The position numbers and the translations under genes were made by a program. This document shows positions 46,080 through 55,137 of a stretch of 64,000 nucleotides of DNA, piece after piece (the stretch's first letter is position 1; the number at the start of each line of letters is the position of its first letter). This DNA is from Planctomycetia bacterium. GTDB taxonomy: Bacteria > Planctomycetota > Planctomycetia > Pirellulales > UBA1268. Below the pieces are notes generated by a model. The model saw nothing but the letters and a program-made list of their open reading frames with translations. It was not told the DNA's origin and did not search any database. The stretch covers positions 1,751 through 65,750 of the forward strand of contig JBJTOU010000053.1 in assembly GCA_046074725.1 (NCBI GenBank), written 5' to 3'.

Positions 46080-46744
46080 GCGAGCGTCTCCACTGGACAC
46101 ATCGTCTCCACTTCCCCCACCAGCACGAGGCCGGCGTGCTCGATGGCGGCAGCCCGTGCAGGACTGGGAGACATCGATGCCTGCCTCACGAGAATGACCG
46201 CGTCACACCCTCGGCTCAACGCCTCCACCCGTTCATGACGGATTGGCCCCGGGGGAAACCAGACACCGCCATCGACGATCACCAGCTGTCGCGGATCGCC
46301 ACCATCCGGGGGCGTGGTTCCGAGATGCCCAGCCGTGCCGGTCACGCAGGAGACCTGCCACCCCCGGGCCTCGAGCGTGGCGACGAGCCCCTCAACAACG
46401 GTCGTTCGCCCCTCGCCACGCCTTCCACCGGCAACCGCGATCACGCGGCAGCCGACCGTAGCAGCTCGCTCCACACCGATGGCGAGGGACTCCCATTGAT
46501 CGGGAACTGCCGCCAGAAGCCACTCGCCGAGGGAGCGCTCATCCAGGGAGCGCTCATCCAGGGAGCGCTCTTCCAGCAGGGAACGCTCTTCAACGGGCAC
46601 TGAGGCTTCGGTCGGGGGCGGGTCCGGCGGCGGTGACGAAGCCACAGACGGGGGCTCGTGCCCCGCACGAAGACGGCCCAGAAACGCGGCATCGACCGCG
46701 TCCAAGGCGACGGCACGTCTCTCTGTGACAGCGGACACGCTCAT
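46076..46744 (-). CDS. BY-kinase/ParA-MinD-like P-loop protein with Walker A Lys replaced by Arg and an (ERSLD)n linker
   Basis: RVIAVAGGRRGEGRTTVVEGLVATLEARG, QLVIVDGG, DAVILVRQ. The N-terminal part is Pro-rich plus EERSLLEERSLDERSLDERSL. It has ATGA overlaps at both ends. Confidence 0.7.
   Translation of the reverse strand: MSVSAVTERRAVALDAVDAAFLGRLRAGHEPPSVASSPPPDPPPTEASVPVEERSLLEERSLDERSLDERSLGEWLLAAVPDQWESLAIGVERAATVGCRVIAVAGGRRGEGRTTVVEGLVATLEARGWQVSCVTGTAGHLGTTPPDGGDPRQLVIVDGGVWFPPGPIRHERVEALSRGCDAVILVRQASMSPSPARAAAIEHAGLVLVGEVETMCPVETLA
46531..46593. repeat. In-frame 15-bp tandem repeat (about 4 units) inside the P-loop protein gene
   Basis: GGGAGCGCTCATCCA occurs twice (46531-46560), then GGGAGCGCTCTTCCA, then a degenerate unit with a 3-nt insertion. 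It encodes ERSLD repeats on the minus strand. Confidence 0.85.
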
Positions 46745-47076
46745 TGGGCCGTCCTTGCGCCGGCATCGCGCGACGAAACGGGTTCCTGGGCAATCCTGGT
46801 CGTCCGCAAACCATGACTCGCGACGGCAGACTGTCCTGCTTGGTCGCCGATCCAACGAACGCCGTCCCTGTGGATTGCCAGCGCCCACACCCCGATGGCG
46901 ATCACGGCAAGCACCACGACCGAGCCCATCCGGAACGGGGATGTCGCCGGCCTTGCGGCAACAACCCGACGCGGCGGGGCGGGGGCCGCAGCGGCCTCAC
47001 GAACGTCCGTGCCACGGGCGGGCGATGGACGGGCCGGAAAACGAGCAATCACTTGCACGACAGACTCCTTCCCCAT
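46741..47076 (-). CDS. Small single-pass membrane protein, first gene of the three-gene operon
   Basis: MGKESVVQVIARFPARPSP...FRMGSVVVLAVIAIGVWALAIHRDG has one TM helix. An alternative GTG at 47058 is preceded by AAGGAG. The stop overlaps the next start (ATGA). Confidence 0.5.
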   Translation of the reverse strand: MGKESVVQVIARFPARPSPARGTDVREAAAAPAPPRRVVAARPATSPFRMGSVVVLAVIAIGVWALAIHRDGVRWIGDQAGQSAVASHGLRTTRIAQEPVSSRDAGARTAQ

Positions 47077-47249
47077 CGATCGACGGCCACGGGCCCCGTG
47101 CTTGAGGCCGGCTGGCCAAACGCGGCCGGCCGGGAGCTGGCGTCCACGCCGCCTGCGATGCCTATGCAGTATTCCCGAACCGCCCGTTCGCCTATCATTT
47201 CCCGACACACCCGATCCCCGCTTTCCCGCCAGACCTGGCACGACGCCTG

Positions 47250-50200
47250 ATGCCGAGCCCGAACTCCCCATCCCGCTCCGATCTTCTCCACACTCTCCTC
47301 TCCACACGCATCGCGGTCCTCGACGGGGCCATGGGGACGATGGTCCACGCCCTCGGGCTGGATGAACAGGGATTCCGCGGCGATCGCTTCCGCGACCATC
47401 CCAAGGACCTGAAAAACTGCATCGACGTTCTCGTGCTCACACAGGGAGACGCGATTCGTGGCATTCACGCGGCCTATCTCGAGGCCGGCGCCGATATCGT
47501 CGAGACCAACACATTTGGTGCGACGAGCGTGGCACTGGCCGACTTCGGCCTCGCCGATCGGACCCGGGAACTCAATCTCGCCGCGGTCAAGCTTGCCCGT
47601 GAGGCGGCCGACGCATGCTCGGCCAAAAATCCCGATCGGCCCCGGTTCGTGGCCGGTTCGATCGGGCCGACCAACAAGCAGCTGTCGATCGCCGGCAACG
47701 TGGCCGATCCGGGTCACCGCGACGTGACGTTCGACCAGATGGTGGCCTGCTATCGGGAGCAGGTCGAGGCCCTCCTCGAAGGAGGCGTCGATCTGATCCT
47801 CGCCGAGACGGCCTTCGACACGCTCGTCCTCAAAAGCTGCCTCTACGCGATCGAGCAGGTCTTTCTCGACACGGGGCTTCGTGTTCCGGTGATGGCCTCG
47901 TTCACCGTGTTCGAGGGTGGGCGGACGCTCTCCGCCCAAACCGTGGAAGCATGCTGGCAGAGCATCTCCCACGCCGACCTTCTGAGCGTGGGCATCAATT
48001 GCGCCCTCGGGCCCGAGAAGCTCCGCACGCACCTGGCCGACCTCGCCCGGATCACACCGCGGCTGGTGAGCTGCTACCCCAACGCCGGCATGCCCAACGC
48101 CCTCGGCGGATTCGACGAGACGCCGGAGATGATGGCCCGCGTGCTCGGCGAGTTCGCCCGCGAGGGCTGGCTGAACATCGTCGGCGGATGCTGTGGCACG
48201 ACCCCCGCCCACATCAAGGCGATCGCAGAGGCAGTCGCCCTGCATCCGCCACGGAAGCCCGCCTCCCCTCCGAGGCGATCGCGGTACTCGGGCCTCGAGC
48301 TGCTTGAAATCCGTCCGGAGACGAGCTTCACCATCATCGGCGAACGGACGAATGTCACCGGCTCGCGGGCGTTCGCCCGCCTCATCAAGGAGGAACGCTA
48401 CGAGGAGGCCGTCAGCGTCGCCCGGCAGCAGGTGGAGAACGGGGCGAACATCATCGACGTCAACGTCGATGAGGGCATGCTCGACGGGCCGGCCGTGATG
48501 ACCAAGTTCCTCACGCTCCTCTCGAGCGAGCCCGATGTCTCGCGGGTGCCGGTGATGGTCGACAGCTCCCGCTGGGAGGTGCTCGAGGCTGGGCTCAAGT
48601 GCCTGCAGGGGAAGGGGATCGTCAACTCGATCAGCCTCAAGGAGGGGGAGAATATCTTCCTCCGGCAGGCCCGCACCATCCGCAGATACGGAGCCGCGGT
48701 CGTGGTCATGGCCTTCGACGAGGAGGGGCAGGCCACCGACATCGACCGCCGTGTGGCGATCTGCGGGCGGGCCTACAGGCTGCTCACCGAGCAGGCGGGC
48801 TTCCCGGCAGAGGACATCATTTTCGATCCCAACATCCTCACCGTGGCCACGGGAATGGAGGAGCACAATCGCTACGCGATGAACTTCATCGAGGCCACGC
48901 GGCAGATCAAGGAGGAGATGCCCCTGGTCAAGGTGTCGGGGGGCGTGAGCAACATCTCGTTCTCGTTCCGTGGTAACGACGTGGTTCGCGAGGCGATGCA
49001 CTCGGCTTTCCTCTACCATGCCATCAAGGCGGGCATGGACATGGGCATCGTCAACGCCGGGCAGTTGGCGGTCTACGAGGAGATCGAGCCGGAGCTCCTG
49101 GATCGGATCGAAGACGTGCTGTTCGACCGCCGTCCCGACGCGACCGACCGGCTGATCGAGTTCGCGGAAACGGTAAAGCATCGCGACGCCGGGGATGCCA
49201 CGAAGGCCGACACCTGGCGGGATCTCGACGTCGAGGGGCGGTTGACTCATGCCTTGATCAAGGGGCTCGTGGACCACGTCGAGGACGACATCGACGAGGC
49301 CCGCACGAAGTACGCCACCAGCCTCGAGATCATCGAGGGACCGCTGATGCGGGGAATGCAGACGGTCGGCGATCTCTTCGGTGAAGGAAAGATGTTCCTC
49401 CCACAGGTGGTGAAGAGCGCCCGTGTGATGAAGCGGGCGGTCAACCATCTCCTCCCCTTCATGGAAGCCGAACGGAAGGCGACCGGCGCCGGGGACACGA
49501 AGCGCGGCCGCGTGCTCATGGCTACGGTGAAGGGAGACGTGCACGACATCGGGAAGAACATCGTCGGCGTGGTGCTCGGCTGCAACGGATACGAGGTGAT
49601 CGACCTCGGCGTGATGGTGCCCTGCGCCACGATCATCTCGGAAACACGCGCCCGGCAGGCCGACATCGTCGGCCTCAGCGGGCTGATCACGCCGAGCCTC
49701 GACGAAATGGTGCAGGTGGCCCGGGAATTCGAGCATGAGAGCCTGGGAGTGCCCCTCCTGATCGGCGGTGCAACGACGTCGGCCAGGCACACGGCCGTGA
49801 AGATCGCCCCGCATTACTCGGGCGACGTGGTCCACGTCGTCGATGCCTCTCGGGCGGCGGGAGTGGTCGAGAAACTGCTCAACCCGGCCCTGAAAACGGG
49901 GTTCGTGGCCGGCAATCGTGAAGCGCAGCGACGGGATGTCGAGAACTTCAAGCGACGCCAGGAAACCGTGCTTGTTCCCTACGAGACGGCATGCGCACGG
50001 CGGTGGACCTGCGACTGGGCGACCGCCAGGATCGATCGGCCGGAATGGCTCGGTGTCCGACGGCTCGACGCCGTGCCACTGGCCGACCTGATTCCATGGA
50101 TCGACTGGTCGCCCTTCTTCCTTTCGTGGGAGTTGAAGGGCAAGTACCCGGCGATCTTCGACGACCCCGTCGTCGGCACCGAAGCCCGCAGGCTGTATGA

Positions 50201-50948
50201 CGACGCCCGAACGCTTCTCGATCAGATCGTCCGAGATTCGTCGCTCGTGGCGAAGGGTGTCTACGGCTTCTTTCCGGGCAACGCCGATGGTGACGACGTC
50301 GTGCTCTATACCGACGACACCCGGACCACGGAACAGGCCCGACTCCATACGCTCCGGCAGCAGTGGGAGCGGAAAGGACAGGACGTCTTTACCGCCTTGG
50401 CTGACTTCCTGGCTCCACGGGAGAGCGGCCGCAAGGACTACATCGGCGCCTTCGCCTGTACCGCGGGCCACGGCTGCGACGAGCTCGCCGCCCACTACGA
50501 GCGTCATCACGACGACTTTTCCGCGATCCTCGTGAAGGCGCTCGCCGACCGTCTTGCGGAGGCATTCGCCGAATGGCTCCACGCGAGGGTTCGCGTGGAA
50601 TGGGGCTACGGCGTTGAGGAACGGCTCTCCCCCGAAGCCGTCATCAACGAGCAGTACCGCGGCATCCGCCCGGCCCCTGGCTACCCGGCCTGCCCGGATC
50701 ACACCGAAAAAAGGACGATTTTCTCCCTTCTCGGGGCCGAACAGGCCGCCGGCATGGCCCTCACCGAAAGCTGCGCCATGACCCCCGCGGCCAGCGTGAG
50801 CGGACTCTATTTTGCCCACCCGGAAAGCCGATATTTTGCGGTGGACCGGATCACGCGGCAGCAGGTCGAGGCCTACGCCGCCCGAAAGGGCATGCCGGTG
50901 CAGGATGTCGAGCGGTGGCTGTCGCCGAACCTCGGCTACGAACCGTAA
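47250..50948 (+). CDS. metH: Cobalamin-dependent methionine synthase
   Basis: 1232 aa covering the Hcy-binding domain (LDGAMGT), pterin-binding domain, B12-binding domain ([11 protein letters not shown]) and AdoMet activation domain. Confidence 0.95.
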   Translation: MPSPNSPSRSDLLHTLLSTRIAVLDGAMGTMVHALGLDEQGFRGDRFRDHPKDLKNCIDVLVLTQGDAIRGIHAAYLEAGADIVETNTFGATSVALADFGLADRTRELNLAAVKLAREAADACSAKNPDRPRFVAGSIGPTNKQLSIAGNVADPGHRDVTFDQMVACYREQVEALLEGGVDLILAETAFDTLVLKSCLYAIEQVFLDTGLRVPVMASFTVFEGGRTLSAQTVEACWQSISHADLLSVGINCALGPEKLRTHLADLARITPRLVSCYPNAGMPNALGGFDETPEMMARVLGEFAREGWLNIVGGCCGTTPAHIKAIAEAVALHPPRKPASPPRRSRYSGLELLEIRPETSFTIIGERTNVTGSRAFARLIKEERYEEAVSVARQQVENGANIIDVNVDEGMLDGPAVMTKFLTLLSSEPDVSRVPVMVDSSRWEVLEAGLKCLQGKGIVNSISLKEGENIFLRQARTIRRYGAAVVVMAFDEEGQATDIDRRVAICGRAYRLLTEQAGFPAEDIIFDPNILTVATGMEEHNRYAMNFIEATRQIKEEMPLVKVSGGVSNISFSFRGNDVVREAMHSAFLYHAIKAGMDMGIVNAGQLAVYEEIEPELLDRIEDVLFDRRPDATDRLIEFAETVKHRDAGDATKADTWRDLDVEGRLTHALIKGLVDHVEDDIDEARTKYATSLEIIEGPLMRGMQTVGDLFGEGKMFLPQVVKSARVMKRAVNHLLPFMEAERKATGAGDTKRGRVLMATVKGDVHDIGKNIVGVVLGCNGYEVIDLGVMVPCATIISETRARQADIVGLSGLITPSLDEMVQVAREFEHESLGVPLLIGGATTSARHTAVKIAPHYSGDVVHVVDASRAAGVVEKLLNPALKTGFVAGNREAQRRDVENFKRRQETVLVPYETACARRWTCDWATARIDRPEWLGVRRLDAVPLADLIPWIDWSPFFLSWELKGKYPAIFDDPVVGTEARRLYDDARTLLDQIVRDSSLVAKGVYGFFPGNADGDDVVLYTDDTRTTEQARLHTLRQQWERKGQDVFTALADFLAPRESGRKDYIGAFACTAGHGCDELAAHYERHHDDFSAILVKALADRLAEAFAEWLHARVRVEWGYGVEERLSPEAVINEQYRGIRPAPGYPACPDHTEKRTIFSLLGAEQAAGMALTESCAMTPAASVSGLYFAHPESRYFAVDRITRQQVEAYAARKGMPVQDVERWLSPNLGYEP

Positions 50949-51004
50949 TCGGCGAAACAACCGCGGCCGCCCTCGCCCCCAACGTTCTGAAGCACGAGTG
51001 GGAC

Positions 51005-51988
51005 ATGGCACGGCAAGAGCCACGTGACGAGCGACAATCGCGGCGGCCGCGAACCCGGCGAATTCTCGCCGAAGGTCTGGGGCTCCCTGCCGCAGAGCAG
51101 GGTTCGACCGCGACGCTGGCCCGACGGTTTCTCGAATCCATCCGCCATGAGCGGGCGCTCGCCGACAACACCCAGGCCGCCTACCGGCGCGACTTGGCCA
51201 CGTTTGCCGAGTGGACGGGTGGTCGCAATCCCGCCCTCCTGTCCGTCCGTGATCTTGGCGATTACCTCGCCCATCTCGGCAAACGGGGATTGGCCCGCGC
51301 CAGCATCGCCCGACACGCGGCCACAATCCGAACATTCTACGGTTTCCTGCAACTCGAGGGGCTCGTGACCGAAAGCCCGGCAGACCTGCTGGCCCCGGGC
51401 CGCCGCGACGACACGATCCCGGGCGCCCTCACGCCCGAGCAGGTGGATCGGTTGCTCTCGAGCCCCGAGCCAGAGACGCCCAGCGGCTGCCGTGACCGCG
51501 CCGTGCTGGAGCTGCTCTACGCCACCGGCTGCCGGGCGTCGGAGGTGTCGGCCATGCAGGTGGACGACATCCATCTCGCGGAGCGGTTCTGCACCTGCCA
51601 CGGCAAGGGAGACAAGGAGCGGGTCGTGCCACTCGGGCGGCGAGCGATCACGGCGATCCGATCATGGCTTGACGGGCCGCGACCGGCATTCGCGGTTCGC
51701 GCCGGCCACCCCACGTGGGCGGTGCTCTCCTCGCGGGGCAACCGGCTCTCACGGATGCGGATCTGGGAGATCGTACGGCTCCATGCGGAGCGGGCCGGAG
51801 TGCCACACGACATCGGCCCGCACACGCTGCGGCACAGCTTCGCCACGCACCTGGTGTCGGGCGGCGTCGATCTCCGGCACGTCCAGGAAATGCTCGGCCA
51901 CGCGAGCATCGCCACGACCCAGCGCTACACCCACGTCGATGCCGGCCGCCTCAGGAGCGTCCACGAAAAATTCCATCCCCGGTCGTGA
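51005..51988 (+). CDS. xerD: Tyrosine site-specific recombinase XerD/XerC
   Basis: ALADNTQAAYRRDLATFAEW, LLYATGCRASEV, HTLRHSFATHL, LGHASIATTQRYTHV. It has an Arg-rich N-terminal extension. Confidence 0.85.
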   Translation: MARQEPRDERQSRRPRTRRILAEGLGLPAAEQGSTATLARRFLESIRHERALADNTQAAYRRDLATFAEWTGGRNPALLSVRDLGDYLAHLGKRGLARASIARHAATIRTFYGFLQLEGLVTESPADLLAPGRRDDTIPGALTPEQVDRLLSSPEPETPSGCRDRAVLELLYATGCRASEVSAMQVDDIHLAERFCTCHGKGDKERVVPLGRRAITAIRSWLDGPRPAFAVRAGHPTWAVLSSRGNRLSRMRIWEIVRLHAERAGVPHDIGPHTLRHSFATHLVSGGVDLRHVQEMLGHASIATTQRYTHVDAGRLRSVHEKFHPRS

Positions 51989-52171
51989 ATCATCCGATCG
52001 CTCAGAACTCCGAAGGGGTTGCCCGTGCCCTCGAGCGGGCTTTGGAAGCAAGCGCAGCAAGGATTGCGACGCGCGGCTTCCACCGCAGTGAGCGAAGCCC
52101 AGGATGGGCAGAACGAACGTCCGGCGAGAGGGCGCGGGCGACCCCGACACGACCCACGGAATCCAGATCGT

Positions 52172-52648
52172 CTACTTCTTGACGGGCGTGAACTTGATCT
52201 TCTTGATCAGCTCGATCACCTGGCCATCCTTCCGGGTGCCCGATACCGCGGTGATCGCCCGGACGACGTTCTCGTAGTCGAGGCCGTAGTCGCAGTCGAG
52301 TTCGACTTCCGTATTCTCGGCCGGAGAGTCGGGCCCCCTCGCCGTCCCGACGACGTCCACGATCTTTACCTGCAGGTCGTCGAAATCGCGCACCGGCTGG
52401 CCGTTCATGATCAGGCCCGCGAGTTGCCCATTCGGGGCTGCGGACATCTTCAGACGAATCAACGTCACCATCTGGTCGTTCGGAGCAGCGGCGGCGGCCC
52501 CCAGTGGCATGCGGATGTCGAAGTCGCCCTCCGGTGTCACAACCTTCAGCGTGCACATGAAAAACGACATCAATTGAAACACGACGTCGATCATCGGCGT
52601 CATGTCGACGGCCACCTTGTCGCCGAGTTCCGACTTCCTACGGGCCAT
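52172..52648 (-). CDS. exbD: ExbD/TolR family biopolymer transport protein
   Basis: MARRKSELGDKVAVDMTPMIDVVFQLMSFFM. ATG confirmed at 52646-52648. Confidence 0.85.
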   Translation of the reverse strand: MARRKSELGDKVAVDMTPMIDVVFQLMSFFMCTLKVVTPEGDFDIRMPLGAAAAAPNDQMVTLIRLKMSAAPNGQLAGLIMNGQPVRDFDDLQVKIVDVVGTARGPDSPAENTEVELDCDYGLDYENVVRAITAVSGTRKDGQVIELIKKIKFTPVKK

Positions 52649-52652
52649 GCGA

Positions 52653-53096
52653 TCACTGCCTTTCGTCGTACTGGGCCCGGAGCGCAAACTTCTCGAAGCC
52701 CTTGTCCTGGCAGGCTTTGATCAGTTCCTGTACCTCGCCCGTCTTGGCCCGGCCATCGGCCCGCACGATCACGGTCGCCTCGGCGGGCTCCCGGCCGGCC
52801 TCGATCAGAACCTGCTTCTCCCGCTCGAGATAGCCACCGATATTCGGGACTCGAACCATTTCGCCAGCGTAGATCACGGCACCGCCCTCGGTGACCTGCA
52901 GCGTGATCGGCTTCTCGACGGGCCCCTCCACCGGCTTGGCAAGCTGGCTCAGGGGGAGTTGGATCCGGTCATCCTGCTCGGCCTCGGAGAAGTTCATCAC
53001 GAACATGAAGAACGTTATCAACTGGAAGGTCATGTCGATCATCGGCGTCATGTCGATGTCGGTGTTCGACAGAGCACCATCACGCTTTCTGCCCAT
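52653..53096 (-). CDS. exbD: ExbD/TolR family biopolymer transport protein
   Basis: MGRKRDGALSNTDIDMTPMIDMTFQLITFFMFV...VIVRADGRAKTGEVQELIKACQ. Confidence 0.88.
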   Translation of the reverse strand: MGRKRDGALSNTDIDMTPMIDMTFQLITFFMFVMNFSEAEQDDRIQLPLSQLAKPVEGPVEKPITLQVTEGGAVIYAGEMVRVPNIGGYLEREKQVLIEAGREPAEATVIVRADGRAKTGEVQELIKACQDKGFEKFALRAQYDERQ

Positions 53097-53102
53097 GGTG
53101 GA

Positions 53103-53867
53103 TCACTTCTTCCCGACGGCTTCGAATCGGGACATGAGCCGCATGGCCTCCGTATCGACGTCGCCGGTCAGCTTCTGCAGCCAGTTCTTGAACAGCGCGA
53201 AGCATGCGATCGCCGGAATGGCCAGCCAGAGACCGATGAGCGTGGTGATGAGGGCCTGCGAAATACCCATGGCCAGCTCCGAAGGCTTCGGGGCCGTGGC
53301 CGACTTGGCGATGATCATGAAGCTCGCGACCATCCCATCGACCGTGCCGAGCAGGCCGAACATCGGGGCCAGGGCTCCCAGGAGCGACACGTAGCTGATC
53401 TTGTGCTCCAGGCGCATGGTCTGATCGCCTTCGGCCTCCTGCATCGCCTCCACGGCCGCCGGATACCCAGACTGCAGTTTTCCCATTCCTGCCGCCAGCA
53501 CCTGGCCGAGGAAGGAATCGTTTTCCTTGGTCATCTCGTAGGCCTGTTGAAACTCCTTCTTGTTGAGATGCTCCTCGAATGTCTGGCTGAGGGCCGGTGG
53601 CATGAGCACGGCACGTCGGAGTTCGAGGAAGCACATCACGAGCAGCGACACGAGCGAGAACGACAGCGCCAGGAACACGATCACGTACTTTGTGCCGAGC
53701 GCCTTGTAGAAAAACACGAGCATGCTCTCGCCCTGTTCCTGCGGCGCGTCGGCCGCGGCCCCATCCTGGGCGATGGCGGCCTCCGGCATGCAAAGCACCG
53801 GACCCACAGCCGCCACGCCGGAGCCCAGCATGGTCGCGACCACCACAATGAACCGGGCCACGCTCAT
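53103..53867 (-). CDS. exbB: MotA/TolQ/ExbB proton-channel family protein
   Basis: MSVARFIVVVATMLGSGVAAVG..., GLLGTVDGMVASF, AMGISQALITTLIGLWLAIPAIACF. The start is ambiguous (53867, 53918 or 53924). Confidence 0.85.
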   Translation of the reverse strand: MSVARFIVVVATMLGSGVAAVGPVLCMPEAAIAQDGAAADAPQEQGESMLVFFYKALGTKYVIVFLALSFSLVSLLVMCFLELRRAVLMPPALSQTFEEHLNKKEFQQAYEMTKENDSFLGQVLAAGMGKLQSGYPAAVEAMQEAEGDQTMRLEHKISYVSLLGALAPMFGLLGTVDGMVASFMIIAKSATAPKPSELAMGISQALITTLIGLWLAIPAIACFALFKNWLQKLTGDVDTEAMRLMSRFEAVGKK

Positions 53868-53999
53868 CCGGAAGTCCGACGTCCTGCAGGCTCTCGGCCC
53901 GCCCACACCTCGTTGCATCCTCATCTCCTCGAAAAAGTTCTTGAACGACCCGAAAATCCTAGCCTCTCGGGGCCTCGTCCTGCAAAACAAGCACGATGA

Positions 54000-55100
54000 T
54001 CAAGAGGACGTCCCGGCACCTGCGGCCTTCCTCGCCCACTGGGTCTGCGGGTAGGCGGCCTGCAGAGTCTGCGCCGCATCGTCGGCCCGCTGATCCTGCC
54101 TCGCCTGTTTCCAGAGGGTGATCAGGTGGTAGAGGGCCTCGGCATGGCACTCCGGCACCGTGTTGTAGACGAGATCGACCGTCAGGTACGAGATGAGCGC
54201 ATCCTGGGCCTTCTCCTTGGTCCCGGAGTAAATCCCGCCCAGCACGACATAGGCCCGGGCCATGAGTTCCTTGTCCTCCGCGCTCACCTGCTTGATGAGC
54301 CCATTGACCAGGGCGATGGCCTCCGACTGCTTGCCAAGCCGCGCGAGGCTGCGGGCCTTCCCGAGCGTGGCAAGGCGTTTCCGCGAGAGGCTGGCGTCGT
54401 CGGTCGCATCGATGGCCAGTGCGGCATCGTATTCCCGGACGGCATCATCGAATTTCTGCTGATTGAAAAGCAGCCCTGCCTTTCCGGCACTGGACTGCAC
54501 CTTGAACGAGGCGGGGCCCTTCGCGAGCGTCGCATAGGCCGCCTCGGCCCCGTCGAAACTCCCCGCCTTTGCACGAATCTCCGCCAGCAGTTGCTGCATC
54601 TCGTAGAAGTGGTGGCTGCGGGCGTGCTTTCCGACGAACCCCGCCACCTCCTTGTCGGCCGCGGCCAGCCCATCACCCGTTTGGACCGCGAGCCCTCCGA
54701 CGCCGGCCGCCTTCACGAAATCCATCTCCGCCATCACAAGCGGCGATGCTTCGCTCAACTCCGACTGCTCGACCTTGGCGATTTCATCGATCGCCTCGCT
54801 GGGCCGCCCACCCATGATGAACCGTCTCGCCTGCCTGAGGGAAGGGGGCTCGTCGCTGAACTGCACCTCCTGGATGCGGTCGATCGGCACTCGCTTGATG
54901 TCTCCAGCCTGATCCTCGATTTCGACGTCGTTGGGAGATGTTCCGAGGATCGTGCCAGAGAGCGTCTTCCCCCCAGGAGCGACGAGCGTGCCCGCAGTCT
55001 GCCCCCGCGCGACACCGGATCCCGTGAGCCCAATCAGCAGAGCCACCATCAGCATCGCGACCGGCCATGCGTGGAATGTCGGCGGCATGATCTTGTTCAT
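54000..55100 (-). CDS. Secreted/anchored TPR-like protein of the ExbBD cluster
   Basis: MNKIMPPTFHAWPVAMLMVALLIGLTGSGVARGQ is a signal or anchor sequence. The C-terminal part is helical-repeat. Confidence 0.7.
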   Translation of the reverse strand: MNKIMPPTFHAWPVAMLMVALLIGLTGSGVARGQTAGTLVAPGGKTLSGTILGTSPNDVEIEDQAGDIKRVPIDRIQEVQFSDEPPSLRQARRFIMGGRPSEAIDEIAKVEQSELSEASPLVMAEMDFVKAAGVGGLAVQTGDGLAAADKEVAGFVGKHARSHHFYEMQQLLAEIRAKAGSFDGAEAAYATLAKGPASFKVQSSAGKAGLLFNQQKFDDAVREYDAALAIDATDDASLSRKRLATLGKARSLARLGKQSEAIALVNGLIKQVSAEDKELMARAYVVLGGIYSGTKEKAQDALISYLTVDLVYNTVPECHAEALYHLITLWKQARQDQRADDAAQTLQAAYPQTQWARKAAGAGTSS

Positions 55101-55137
55101 CGGCGTGGTTCCTCGGGTTCTTTCCGGCAAGGCTTCG

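Noticed and set aside
47077-47249. Possible riboswitch upstream of metH
   Set aside because: Only 173 nt are shared with the divergent operon promoter. I could not find B12-box, SAM-I or SAM-II core strings.
47049-51335. 1428-aa ORF on the - strand
   Set aside because: It is antisense to metH and xerD, which have unmistakable domain signatures. The shadow ORF has an Arg/Gly/His-rich low-information sequence.
51005-51988. Tyrosine recombinase as a marker of an integrated mobile element
   Set aside because: The sequence has XerC/XerD-type motifs. It is flanked by metH and the exbBD cluster. I saw no direct repeats or att-like duplication, and no phage or plasmid genes.
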